Source: Patescibacteria group bacterium
Lineage (GTDB): Bacteria; Patescibacteriota; Minisyncoccia; Phycocordibacterales; Phycocordibacteraceae
Length of the DNA: 64,000 bases
Assembly: GCA_019744845.1 (NCBI GenBank)
Contig: JAIETW010000001.1
Span: forward strand, 354,859 to 418,858
Direction of reading: 5' to 3'
Shown here: in pieces, positions 9,253 through 18,854 of the stretch
How the letters are laid out: the number at the start of each line of letters is the position of its first letter
How positions within the stretch are numbered: position 1 is the first letter of the stretch
Made by a program: the position numbers and the translations under genes
Notes under the pieces: model-generated
Told to the model about the DNA's origin: nothing
Database searches by the model: none
Seen by the model: the letters and a program-made list of their open reading frames with translations, nothing else

Positions 9253-9633
9253 ATGAGAAACCCGCTCACACTTCCCGTCCCCGAACTTCTCCTCCGCGTG
9301 GGAGTGGCCTTCTCGTTCCTCTATCCACCCCTCTCCGCGCTTGGTGATCCGTATTCCTGGATTGGATACTTTCCTGGGTTCCTTGTATCTCTTGCGGGTA
9401 CGAATGGCACACTGATGCTACATGCGTTCGGTGTTATAGAAGTACTGATTGCACTCTGGATTCTGTTCGGCAAGAACATATTCATTCCTAGCCTTCTTGC
9501 AGGTGTCGCTCTCATGGCAATTGTGGTTCTGAATGGGCCTCAGTTCTTGGTGCTCTTCCGTGACGTCTCTATTGCACTTGCCGCATTCGCCCTGGCCTAC
9601 CAGCACTATCCTCTATGGCAGAAGAAAGCCTGA
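9253..9633 (+). CDS. DoxX-like small integral membrane protein
   Basis: 126 aa with 3-4 TM helices. Its start abuts the stop of the previous gene (TAAATG). Confidence 0.4.
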   Translation: MRNPLTLPVPELLLRVGVAFSFLYPPLSALGDPYSWIGYFPGFLVSLAGTNGTLMLHAFGVIEVLIALWILFGKNIFIPSLLAGVALMAIVVLNGPQFLVLFRDVSIALAAFALAYQHYPLWQKKA

Positions 9634-10115
9634 AACATAAACTGGATCGCAATCTTCGTAAGGCACACCTTCCTCCTGCGGAACGAGAGTTTTTACTTTC
9701 GCGCATTGAGCAGATAGAAGAGAAAATATGGGAAGATGTAAAAGATCTCACTCCAGATATTGAACACCGGCTGCATCAGTTGGTCGTTGCAAAGAATGTA
9801 GACCAACACATGATTGAGGCAGAGCTTAAGAAAACCGGAGAGCTTATAAATATTGCCGGGCTCCCTATCATCGCCGCAGTGCTCACCGCAGTTGCAAAGT
9901 ACGGCTCCCCTGATTTTTCTATTCCACCTGATGCACTTGAACGTATCACCACCGGACAAGGTGGTGCAGCGGTGGCTACCGTACTCCTTATGTGGGCCGC
10001 TACCCACATGGGTGCAGCGGCCTATGCGCTCGTGCGCGAAGAGCTTGCAAACCGAAGAAAATTGGATGGCGTTGCAGACGCTTTTGATACCTATGATGGA
10101 ACCGACTCATTTTGA
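9615..10115 (+). CDS. Hypothetical protein
   Basis: 166 aa ORF overlapping the DoxX gene by 19 nt. Helical with an Ala/Gly-rich C-terminus. Confidence 0.35.
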   Translation: MAEESLKHKLDRNLRKAHLPPAEREFLLSRIEQIEEKIWEDVKDLTPDIEHRLHQLVVAKNVDQHMIEAELKKTGELINIAGLPIIAAVLTAVAKYGSPDFSIPPDALERITTGQGGAAVATVLLMWAATHMGAAAYALVREELANRRKLDGVADAFDTYDGTDSF

Positions 10116-10217
10116 TGCCCTTCTACAACAGCTCGCGACCCTGAAAGAGAGGGACCCGCAGGCGTATCTTGCCCTTCTTGAAAAAGTGCAGGAGATGCTG
10201 AAAGAGCTGAAAGAAGA

Positions 10218-11480
10218 TTAAAGTGCCTTCTGACCAATGTCAGAGCGGTACTGTGCACCCTCAAAGGAAATCTTCTTCACTCCCGCATATGCGGCATCAA
10301 GTGCCATAGAAAGGGTCTCTCCTGTTGCGGTCACGTTAAGCACACGGCCACCGTTGGTGAGTATGTCGTCACGATCGCGCTTGGTGCCCGCATGGAAGAC
10401 CACCACGCTTCCTTCTTCTGCATCTGTAAGGCCCGTGATCACCTTTCCTTTTTCGTAGGAGCCTGGGTACCCGCCCGACGCCATCGACACACAGGCAACG
10501 GAATCCGTACCCCAGGAAAGAAACACATCTTTCAAGTCTCCTTTTGCAGATGCGAGAAGCACCGGCACAATATCGCTATCAAGCAGGCGCATATACGCCT
10601 GTGTCTCAGGGTCCCCAAAGCGAGCATTAAACTCAATGACCTTTGGACCATCGGTGGTCAACATGATGCCGGGATACAAAAGACCTGAGAATGGCCGCCC
10701 CTTCTTCTCTAGTGCAGAGAGAAGTGGAAGTACGATCTCATCTCGTACCTGATCCATGACCTCTGAGGATACCTGTGCGAGTGGCGCAACGACACCCATC
10801 CCTCCAGTGTTTGGCCCCTCATCATTATCAAATATCCTCTTATGATCCTGTGAGGACGGAAACATGAGTGCTTTAGTGCCTGCGCAAATGGCATGTGTAG
10901 AAAACTCAAGGCCGCTCATAAACTCCTCAATCACCACTTCATTTCCTGAGGTACCAAACTTTGCATCCACAAAACATTCCTTCAGTGCATCTTCTGCTTC
11001 CTGATGCGTGTACGCAATCGTGACCCCCTTTCCAAGCGCAAGACCACTTGCCTTCACCACAATCGGAAGAGTCTGTTCTTTTACATACGCAACGGCTGAA
11101 TCAAAGTCAGTAAAGGTTTCGCTTGCTGCAGTCGGAATGCCTGCCTCTTTCATGATCCCTTTGGCATATGCTTTAGACCACTCAACCTCTGCTGCTGCTT
11201 TGGTAGGACCAAACGCAAGGATATTTTCTGCGTGAAGTGCATCTACAATTCCACCTGCAAGTAAGTCATCAGGGCCCACCACCACAAGTTCAATGTCTCG
11301 CTCTTTCACTGCCGCAATAACGGCCGTGTGATCGTTTGGATCAATCGGGAGATTCTCCCCTACCTCACTACTCCCTCCATTACCCGACGCGATGTATACC
11401 TTCTCTACGAGCGGAGACTGCGCAATCTTCCATGCAAGTGCGTGTTCTCTTCCGCCAGATCCAAGGACAAGAATGTTCAT
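10218..11480 (-). CDS. purD: Phosphoribosylamine--glycine ligase
   Basis: MNILVLGSGGREHALAWKIAQS N-terminus. ATP-grasp fold, 420 aa. Confidence 0.9.
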   Translation of the reverse strand: MNILVLGSGGREHALAWKIAQSPLVEKVYIASGNGGSSEVGENLPIDPNDHTAVIAAVKERDIELVVVGPDDLLAGGIVDALHAENILAFGPTKAAAEVEWSKAYAKGIMKEAGIPTAASETFTDFDSAVAYVKEQTLPIVVKASGLALGKGVTIAYTHQEAEDALKECFVDAKFGTSGNEVVIEEFMSGLEFSTHAICAGTKALMFPSSQDHKRIFDNDEGPNTGGMGVVAPLAQVSSEVMDQVRDEIVLPLLSALEKKGRPFSGLLYPGIMLTTDGPKVIEFNARFGDPETQAYMRLLDSDIVPVLLASAKGDLKDVFLSWGTDSVACVSMASGGYPGSYEKGKVITGLTDAEEGSVVVFHAGTKRDRDDILTNGGRVLNVTATGETLSMALDAAYAGVKKISFEGAQYRSDIGQKAL

Positions 11481-12628
11481 GACTGTATTGCTGTTGCAAC
11501 CGCCGGCACCACTCGCTCATCCAAAATGTCAGGAACAATGAATTCGGTAGTTGGGTTCTCTACAAGCGCCGCAATCGCTTGTGCCGCACGTACTTTCATA
11601 TCATCCGTGATCTTCCGCACCTTCCCATCAAGTGCGCCACGGAATACTCCTGGGAATACGAGCGCATTGTTTATCTGATTCGGAAAGTCAGAGCGTCCGG
11701 TCGCCATCACCGCAACTCCTGCAGCTTTTGCATCTTCAGGCATAATCTCAGGAACTGGATTTGCCATCGCAAAGACGATTGGACCTGCATTCATCATGCG
11801 CACCATCTCCTGTGAAAGGATGTGTGCCTTAGATACACCAATGAAGATGTCAGCGCCAGAGAGGGCGGCAGACAGATCTCCATCACGATCCCCCGCGATA
11901 GTACCTTCCGCAAGAATAGTCTGCTTCATTCCGTTAATATCCGTGCGTGTGCTACTGACGATTCCCTTACTATCCACCGCGCGAAGGGTAAGCCCTGGAT
12001 AGGCGCGCTTGAGAAGTCGCATGATGGCAACGCCTGCGGCCCCCACACCATTCACGACCGCCGTCATAGTATTCAAATCTTTCCCGACCACCTTTGATGC
12101 ATTAATGAGCCCGGCAAGCGTCACAATCGCGGTGCCATGCTGATCATCATGCATCACTGGAATATCTAGTTCCTCAATTAACCGCTGCTCAATTTCAAAA
12201 CATTGAGGTGCCGCAATATCTTCTAGGTTAATGCCCCCGAAGTTTGGTGCGACTGCTTTTACAATACGAATGATCTCTTCAGGATCCTTAGTGTCAAGCA
12301 CGAGTGGCCAGGCATCAATGCCTGCAAGCTGTTTGAATATAAGTGCTTTCCCTTCCATCACTGGAAGTGCGCCATACGGACCAATGTCCCCAAGACCAAG
12401 TACGGCGGTGCCGTCTGACACCACTGCCACACTGTTCCCTTTGATAGAAAGCTCGCGTGCATCTTCGGGATGTTCTGAAAGATGCATGGATACTTTTCCT
12501 ACACCGGGAGTGTAGTACACCGCAAAATCTTCTTTACTGGTAAGCGTTACTTTTCCTTTCGTTTCCACGCGCCCGCCCACCTTTCGGTAGATCTCAAGTA
12601 TCTCTTTTGCATCCATAGATGCCCCCAT
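11477..12628 (-). CDS. NAD(P)-dependent malic enzyme (short form, no PTA-like domain)
   Basis: FAVYYTPGVG, GTAVLGLGDIGP and VVNGVGAAGVAI motifs of the malic enzyme family. Confidence 0.85.
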   Translation of the reverse strand: MGASMDAKEILEIYRKVGGRVETKGKVTLTSKEDFAVYYTPGVGKVSMHLSEHPEDARELSIKGNSVAVVSDGTAVLGLGDIGPYGALPVMEGKALIFKQLAGIDAWPLVLDTKDPEEIIRIVKAVAPNFGGINLEDIAAPQCFEIEQRLIEELDIPVMHDDQHGTAIVTLAGLINASKVVGKDLNTMTAVVNGVGAAGVAIMRLLKRAYPGLTLRAVDSKGIVSSTRTDINGMKQTILAEGTIAGDRDGDLSAALSGADIFIGVSKAHILSQEMVRMMNAGPIVFAMANPVPEIMPEDAKAAGVAVMATGRSDFPNQINNALVFPGVFRGALDGKVRKITDDMKVRAAQAIAALVENPTTEFIVPDILDERVVPAVATAIQS

Positions 12629-12640
12629 ACTAGCAGATAC

Positions 12641-12675
12641 TGAAAACCCACGAAGTGGATGCTTCGTGGGTTTTC
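12641..12675. terminator. Intrinsic terminator hairpin (cccacgaag-tggatg-cttcgtggg) flanked by A- and T-runs
   Basis: Perfect 9 bp stem with gaaaa upstream and ttttc downstream. It sits downstream of the 12690 minus-strand gene. Confidence 0.6.
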
Positions 12676-12689
12676 ACACTCTCCCCTGT

Positions 12690-14393
12690 TTAGCGACTAA
12701 AAAGGGTCTTGAGGCTCTCCAGCATACTCTTCAACTGGCCCTCCATAGCCGAAAGTGCGGCGGCTTCAAGAGGAGGGGTAAAGCGTGATTCGCGTACTCC
12801 CACAGTAATACTTTTCTCTACCGCAGGGCCATCCTTTTCGCTATTCGGATCTTGGTTTACACAGATCATGCGGTAGGTCGTCTCTCTATATGGATAGACG
12901 TCCATTGAGTCGCTTACTCCTACATCCTGCTCTGATCCTTCTGTTGACTGGAGTACACAACGGTTTGCATTGGTTGTTTGCCAGCTGAGTGTGGCAGGCG
13001 TACCAACGACCACTCGTGTCGGAAGCGCACGGAATGAAAGAGTAGGAGGGATGGAGTAATCTGTCGTCGGAGGACGCGGAGTCTCTGTTTCTACATACAC
13101 CGTGGTGGAACATCCTATCTTCCCTCCCGTTGCACCATAGAAGGTGTATGAGTAGGTTTTATCTCCCATCACCTGGTAGGTCTCACTGCCACTTGCGGGA
13201 AGCTTATCGCCACCGGGGCCGACGGCATACGAGGTGTATTTACTACTCCACGAAATCGTGACTGACTGTTTCATTGGCACGCGACTCTTACTTGCAGTCA
13301 CAGAACAGCTTGGCTGCGCATCCTTCACTGGTTGTTCTATGTGTATTGCTGCACTTCCTGCCAAATTAGTCTCGTTCAATGAGCGACTTCCATTTGGTTT
13401 GTACAGGCTCGCAATGTAGATCCCATACGGAAGTGGTGAGGTGACCGTGTGTTTCCACTTCGTGTCAACGGCAATATCGCTTATATACGCACGATCCTTA
13501 TCGCCAAAGGTTTTATCAAGTGTCAGTGTGGCACGCCCTACCCAATTCGCCGTTCCAGAAATTTCTGGAGTGGTAGTGTAATACGTTCCTGGATAAATAC
13601 CAGGTTTTACGGTCGGTTCATCGGTTGGGTCATCCTCTATATCTCCCTCTACCAACACACGCACCTCACAGAGAGGGGTGTATGCACCTTCAAGTCCACC
13701 TGAACTAATCGCAAAACCAAGTTGACCGGCATATTCACCCACATATGTCTTCATCCCTTTCTTCTTCACCTCAAGCGCTCTTCCTGCCTTTATATTCTCG
13801 TACAGTACCGGATTCGCTATGTTCTTCGTGCTCCACTTAATACGGAAGGACTCCCCAATCTCTACCTCAGATTTATTGGTAGTGATGGTGCAAGACGGTT
13901 GATCTTTCTTACGTCCCACGGTAACCGTCACCTGATTCAAAATCACTTCTCCACTATTCTTGAGACCGTACAACGTTGCCGTGTAGGTACCGGCGCGTGC
14001 GTATGTATGCTCGGTGTACTGCACATATGAATTACATGCGTCTGCAGGAAATCGGAGGTCCTCATCATCTCCGTCACCAAACGAGAGACGATAGCCCCCG
14101 CCCTCACATGACTTTTCCTGGTTCATTACGTACTTAAACGTAGCGGTGAGTGGATCATTCGCATCCACCTCCACTGACATTTGATTCGCATTCCCTGGAA
14201 CTGACGGTCCTCCAGTATCATTTTGGAGCGCTCTCAACTGCTCTTGTAGCTGTTGAATTTGCATAAGGAGTGCAGGAACAGTCTGTGCCGAGGCGTGCAC
14301 TGGTGCCACAAAGAACATGAGCCCAACCACTGCAACAACGATAGAACGTGCGTTCATACAAGATAGATACGAATAGGGGTATACACCAAGCAT
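12690..14393 (-). CDS. Secreted protein with three internal repeats of a Cys-containing Ig-like module
   Basis: Signal peptide ending at AVVGLMFFVAPVHASAQ. Three repeated segments (DQPSCTITTNKSEVEIGESFRIKWSTKNI, DAQPSCSVTASKSRVPMKQSVTISWSSKYT, RALPTRVVVGTPATLSWQTTNANRCVL). Confidence 0.5.
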   Translation of the reverse strand: MLGVYPYSYLSCMNARSIVVAVVGLMFFVAPVHASAQTVPALLMQIQQLQEQLRALQNDTGGPSVPGNANQMSVEVDANDPLTATFKYVMNQEKSCEGGGYRLSFGDGDDEDLRFPADACNSYVQYTEHTYARAGTYTATLYGLKNSGEVILNQVTVTVGRKKDQPSCTITTNKSEVEIGESFRIKWSTKNIANPVLYENIKAGRALEVKKKGMKTYVGEYAGQLGFAISSGGLEGAYTPLCEVRVLVEGDIEDDPTDEPTVKPGIYPGTYYTTTPEISGTANWVGRATLTLDKTFGDKDRAYISDIAVDTKWKHTVTSPLPYGIYIASLYKPNGSRSLNETNLAGSAAIHIEQPVKDAQPSCSVTASKSRVPMKQSVTISWSSKYTSYAVGPGGDKLPASGSETYQVMGDKTYSYTFYGATGGKIGCSTTVYVETETPRPPTTDYSIPPTLSFRALPTRVVVGTPATLSWQTTNANRCVLQSTEGSEQDVGVSDSMDVYPYRETTYRMICVNQDPNSEKDGPAVEKSITVGVRESRFTPPLEAAALSAMEGQLKSMLESLKTLFSR

Positions 14394-14433
14394 ACCCCGG
14401 GAATATGAAGTCGCCTGACTGAGCCGTGGATAC

Positions 14434-15606
14434 CTACAGTCCTGACGCCTGAAGCGCCGCCTTGGTACGAGGCCCTATAGATCCTGTCTGCTCTAAACCT
14501 TTGGAGGCCTGGAATACCTTAAGTGCACGGGTGGTGCAGGGCCCTGCGTATCCTGAGACCGGGCACCCTATGAGAAGTTCTCCTGCGGGAGGATAGAACC
14601 CAAGTGAGTGGAGCGCCACCTGAAGCGCATAGATCTGCGGACTTGCCGTCCCCTCTTCTATTTCTTCCGCCTTCCATACATATGGTAGTGCGAGCGTGTA
14701 ATCTCCGAGCACTGGATTTCCAAAGAACTCTTCTACTCCTTTATATGTCTGATAGGCAAAATCATCTGTCACGACTCCACGTGCTTCAGGGTAGGTGATC
14801 TTAGACTCATAGATATACGCGTACTCCACTAATACCGTCGCAAACTCTGCAGTGTTATTGGAGCCCATTGCAATGAGACTCTGACTGGGAACCACCCCAT
14901 AATTCTCAATGGGGAGCGTAGAAGTTGCATTCCATTTATTTAAATTTTTTGCGAGCGCTTCCCCCAATGCGGTGCTTCCTGACGCGTTCCCATAGTGCTC
15001 ATCCGGCACATACACTGCAAACCCAGAATGAACACCGGGAGATGCAAGACCGTGTCCCATGTGGTCATTCAAATGTACGTGAATCGCGAGATCTATCCCA
15101 TACTCATTTGCCCATTTATTAATCCCATACAAACGAAGTGCGACATCGGTCGCTGCTGCATTGTGCTCCACCTGAAACTCGCGCTCTTCTACCGCGCCTT
15201 TTCGCAGCATCTTCTGCATCTCCTTCTTCTTGTCTTTCACAAATCGCTGTATCCCTTTCCAGTTACGATCAAAATATCCTTCAAGTTCTGGGTGCCAGGC
15301 AAGGGTATCGCGCGCCACAATCACTTCGTAGCGTGGATTGGCCTCCAGATGCGCCGCAATCTTATTCGCAATCTCTACCGCAATGTCACGCTCCTTAAGG
15401 GTTCTATATTCCGCACCACCGTACTCAGGCTCGTGCCCCGGCATCACAAGGATTCGGACCTTTTCTCCCCCCGCCGCTGCAGCCTCGTACTTCAGAAGAA
15501 GATCTTCTTTAGTTGAGGTGACCGGAAAGGCTGCATGCACATACGCAAATGGCACCGCGACTGCACAAAGAAGGAATACGGCTACGATGCGGTGCATAGA
15601 TACCAC
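14434..15606 (-). CDS. N-acetylmuramoyl-L-alanine amidase (Amidase_3 family) with a C-terminal peptidoglycan-binding (PG_binding_1) domain
   Basis: Signal peptide. RILVMPGHEPEYGGAE with DLAIHVHLNDH matches the Amidase_3 metal site. C-terminal YALQVALHSLGFYP...TRALKVFQASKGLEQTGSIGPRT matches the PG-binding repeat. Confidence 0.7.
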   Translation of the reverse strand: MVSMHRIVAVFLLCAVAVPFAYVHAAFPVTSTKEDLLLKYEAAAAGGEKVRILVMPGHEPEYGGAEYRTLKERDIAVEIANKIAAHLEANPRYEVIVARDTLAWHPELEGYFDRNWKGIQRFVKDKKKEMQKMLRKGAVEEREFQVEHNAAATDVALRLYGINKWANEYGIDLAIHVHLNDHMGHGLASPGVHSGFAVYVPDEHYGNASGSTALGEALAKNLNKWNATSTLPIENYGVVPSQSLIAMGSNNTAEFATVLVEYAYIYESKITYPEARGVVTDDFAYQTYKGVEEFFGNPVLGDYTLALPYVWKAEEIEEGTASPQIYALQVALHSLGFYPPAGELLIGCPVSGYAGPCTTRALKVFQASKGLEQTGSIGPRTKAALQASGL

Positions 15607-15639
15607 GTATAGTAGCGCACCTAGTCATGAAGAACGAAA

Positions 15640-15672
15640 GAAGCGCGGTGTACGCCGCGCTTCTTTTTGTTT
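15640..15672. terminator. Terminator-like hairpin (gaagcgcggtg-tac-gccgcgcttc) followed by ttttttgttt
   Basis: 11 bp stem immediately 3' of the 15671 minus-strand gene. The T-run is stronger on the plus strand. Confidence 0.5.
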
Positions 15673-16528
15673 ATTCAAGAGTGAAATACTCGTCACTTAT
15701 ATCCTGTGCGAGAGTTGCACCATCTTTCCCTCCAGAGGCCTTCGCGCCGATCGTGACGCGAGCCCAGTAGTCGCCGGGAGCAAGGTTATACCCCGCAGTC
15801 TGGATAAGCTTGCCGCTTACTGAATCCTTTCCGTTCTTTGCTTTCTTACAGGACTTCTCTCCAGGAAACGCAAACATCCCTCCGACTGCGCCACGACGCT
15901 CAAGGGTCGTACACACGGTGCTGCCCTTTGGCACTCCTTCTGCCTCCCACTTGATTGCAAGTTTCTTTCCAGAACCTGCCACATACTCCTCGTCTCCGTT
16001 TGGAGAGACAATTTCTACCGTCGTTCCGGTAGAGCTCACGGGATCTAGCGTGGTGCCCGCCGTATTAGAGACGATAAATGTGCGTTCTTTTCCTTTCTTT
16101 GAAAGAAGCTTCCCTGCAGGAGCGTGGTCGCATCCTTTTACATTACATTCACGAAGTTCTACCTTCACTGAATACTTCCCTGGAATAGTCGGATTGAGGC
16201 CCCAGTCCTGCGTAAAGCCACCAGTGGTCTGACCTGCATAGAGAGTGTGCTGGTAGCTACTGCCTGAGGAGTATCCTACGGAAGGACTCTTCGTGTCTTC
16301 CTTTTCAAGTTTAAACGTAGTCACGACGACCATGGGACGGTTCACATTCTCAAGCTCCCACGTCACGGGCATCTTGCTCGTGCGATCATAGCTCGCGCCC
16401 TTCACAGGAAGACCGACCGAAACGGACGGCTTTGCAGAAGCGGCAAAGGTGCCATGAGGGAGCACAAAGAACGAAAGAACCAAGAGGGTGAGAGTAAGTG
16501 TACGCATAAGTAAGTAGCTAAATAACAA
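15671..16528 (-). CDS. Secreted hypothetical protein
   Basis: Signal peptide (LTLTLLVLSFFVLPHGTFAASA). Gly/Ser/Thr-rich with several Cys pairs. Confidence 0.45.
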   Translation of the reverse strand: MLFSYLLMRTLTLTLLVLSFFVLPHGTFAASAKPSVSVGLPVKGASYDRTSKMPVTWELENVNRPMVVVTTFKLEKEDTKSPSVGYSSGSSYQHTLYAGQTTGGFTQDWGLNPTIPGKYSVKVELRECNVKGCDHAPAGKLLSKKGKERTFIVSNTAGTTLDPVSSTGTTVEIVSPNGDEEYVAGSGKKLAIKWEAEGVPKGSTVCTTLERRGAVGGMFAFPGEKSCKKAKNGKDSVSGKLIQTAGYNLAPGDYWARVTIGAKASGGKDGATLAQDISDEYFTLE

Positions 16529-16591
16529 GATGACTATGGCACATACAATTGAGTGTGTAAATCATCGCGCATACTCTATATACTACTGAGT

Positions 16592-18757
16592 ATGTTGCCC
16601 GCCGATCCTATTGAGAAACATTTCACACGGCTCAAGCCCGATCAGAAACGAGCGCTTAAGAAGCTTGGGATTGAAACTATCCGAGATCTTCTCTCTCACT
16701 ACCCTGCACGATATGAAACGAGCGGACCTGCAGGCACTATCACGGGCGCGACATTCGGTACCGAAGTGACACTGTATGGAACCATACGGAAACCAGAAAC
16801 GAAGAAGTCGTGGAAGAGTAAGCGACCTATGGCAGAAGCGTGGCTTGAGGATGCGAGCGGTCGCATAAAGCTGCGTTGGTTCTCCCAGCCCTACATCGCG
16901 AAGATGCTTCAAGACGGTGCCGTGGTGAAGGTGACAGGAAAAGTGACTGGTTCTTCTGAAAAACCATATCTCGCAAACCCCGAGATAGATCGCTCCCCTA
17001 TAAATCCTGAAGAGGCGCATGACTCTCTCTTTACCGAAGGGAACCTGCCTGACGAAGAATCGCTCTATCCCATTTACCCTGAAAGCAAGGGCGTATCCTC
17101 CCTCTGGTTTACCCATGCCATTAAGCGCGTGTTTGAAGCACGGGCGCACGAGCATATCCTGGATCCCATTCCGGAAGAGATTCTGTCTCGTTATAACCTC
17201 CCCTCTCTTTCAACCGCTCTAGTCTGGGTACACGCACCAAAGCGAAAGAAAGATGCAGATGTGGCACGGAAGCGATTCTCCTTTGAGCAAGTATTCGCGA
17301 TTCAGCTTGCCGTGCAATCACGCAAACAAGAATCACTCCAAGAGAAAGCTCTTGCGGTAGATGTAAATCTGAAATCCCTTGAAGAGTTTGTTGCTTCCTT
17401 CCCCTTCCCTCCGACTAACGCACAGCAGAAAGCGATTCACGAGATCGTAAAAGACTTTGAACAAGGGCACCCCATGCGTCGCCTTCTTGAAGGAGATGTC
17501 GGCAGCGGAAAGACGGCGGTGGCTGCAGCAACTGCGTACATGGTCGCCAACTCATATCCTGCAGGACGAAAGTCAGGGCACCTGCAAGTTGCCTATATGT
17601 GTCCAACTGAAATTCTCGCGAAGCAACACTTCTCCACCTTCGTCTCCTATTTTAAAGACCACCCTATCCCTATCGGCCTCATTACCGGAAGCGAGTGTCG
17701 CAAGTTCCCCTCCAAGATCCATCGCGAAGAATCCACCAAGATATCTCGTGCGCAGTTTGCGAAGTGGGTGGCGAACGGGGAAATTCCAATCGTGATTGGC
17801 ACGCACGCACTCGTGTACAAGTCCTTACAATTCCAAAACCTCGCCTACGCCATCATTGATGAGCAGCATCGCTTCGGCAAAGCACATCGGCAAAAGCTTG
17901 TGCGCAAAGAAGGCGTCTCTCCGCACCTTCTTTCCATGACCGCAACACCAATCCCCCGTACGCTCGCACTCTCTATTTATGGCGACCTGGATCTTTCACT
18001 TCTTGATGAAATGCCCGCAGGACGAAAGTCAGTGATCACCGAAATACTTGAGCCCGAGAAACGTGCTCATGCGTATGAGCGAGTGCGCGCTGAACTTGCA
18101 GAAGGACGCCAAGCCTATGTCATCTGCCCACGCATTGATGAACCTGACCCAACCAAAGAACTCGCCCTCCAAGCAAAGTCCGTGAAAGCAGAGGCAGCAC
18201 GCCTGAAACGTGAAGTGTTTCCTGACGCAGAGATAGATATCTTACACAGCAAAATGACGCCAAAGGATAAGGAAGACGTGATGGACCGCTTCAACAAAGG
18301 AGAAGTGCAGATCCTTGTCGCGACATCCGTGGTTGAGGTGGGCGTGAACGTACCAAACGCTACTGTCATTCTTATAGAAGGTGCAGAACGCTTTGGTCTC
18401 GCACAGCTGCATCAGCTTCGTGGACGTGTCATCCGCTCTACGAACCAGGCATACTGTTTTGCCCTTCCTGAAACGTACGGACAAGCAACGCGTGACCGTC
18501 TCAAAGCACTCTCTACCGCAAAGAACGGATTTGAACTTGCAGAGTACGATCTGTCTCTTCGTGGTGCAGGAGAATTGACCGGCGCACGACAGTGGGGTGT
18601 CTCAGATATCGCCATGGAAGCAATCAAGAATATAAAAATGGTAGAGGCCGCGCGGAAAGAAGCTGCTGCGCTCATTGCCCGAGATCCAGGTCTTACGGTG
18701 CACCCAATGCTTAAGGAACTTGCCGCACGTGCAGATGAGAGCGTGCATCCAGAATAG
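16592..18757 (+). CDS. recG: ATP-dependent DNA helicase RecG
   Basis: N-terminal wedge domain, helicase motifs GDVGSGKT, DEQHRFG, the TATPIPRT linker and QLHQLRGRV motif VI. Start chosen at MLPADPIEK (atg at 16592). Confidence 0.9.
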   Translation: MLPADPIEKHFTRLKPDQKRALKKLGIETIRDLLSHYPARYETSGPAGTITGATFGTEVTLYGTIRKPETKKSWKSKRPMAEAWLEDASGRIKLRWFSQPYIAKMLQDGAVVKVTGKVTGSSEKPYLANPEIDRSPINPEEAHDSLFTEGNLPDEESLYPIYPESKGVSSLWFTHAIKRVFEARAHEHILDPIPEEILSRYNLPSLSTALVWVHAPKRKKDADVARKRFSFEQVFAIQLAVQSRKQESLQEKALAVDVNLKSLEEFVASFPFPPTNAQQKAIHEIVKDFEQGHPMRRLLEGDVGSGKTAVAAATAYMVANSYPAGRKSGHLQVAYMCPTEILAKQHFSTFVSYFKDHPIPIGLITGSECRKFPSKIHREESTKISRAQFAKWVANGEIPIVIGTHALVYKSLQFQNLAYAIIDEQHRFGKAHRQKLVRKEGVSPHLLSMTATPIPRTLALSIYGDLDLSLLDEMPAGRKSVITEILEPEKRAHAYERVRAELAEGRQAYVICPRIDEPDPTKELALQAKSVKAEAARLKREVFPDAEIDILHSKMTPKDKEDVMDRFNKGEVQILVATSVVEVGVNVPNATVILIEGAERFGLAQLHQLRGRVIRSTNQAYCFALPETYGQATRDRLKALSTAKNGFELAEYDLSLRGAGELTGARQWGVSDIAMEAIKNIKMVEAARKEAAALIARDPGLTVHPMLKELAARADESVHPE

Positions 18758-18780
18758 GCATGCGGTAGAGTACGAAACAA

Positions 18781-18853
18781 CCACCCGTAGCTCAGTTGGT
18801 TAGAGCACGGAGCTTATACCTCCGGGGTCCTTGGTTCGAGTCCAAGCGGGTGG
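18781..18853 (+). tRNA. tRNA-Ile with anticodon UAU (reads AUA)
   Basis: Acceptor stem ccacccg pairs with cgggtgg, D-arm tagctcagttggttagagca, anticodon stem cggag/ctccg with loop cuUAUac, T-arm cttggTTCGAGTccaag, discriminator A. CCA is not encoded. Confidence 0.75.
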
Positions 18854-18854
18854 A

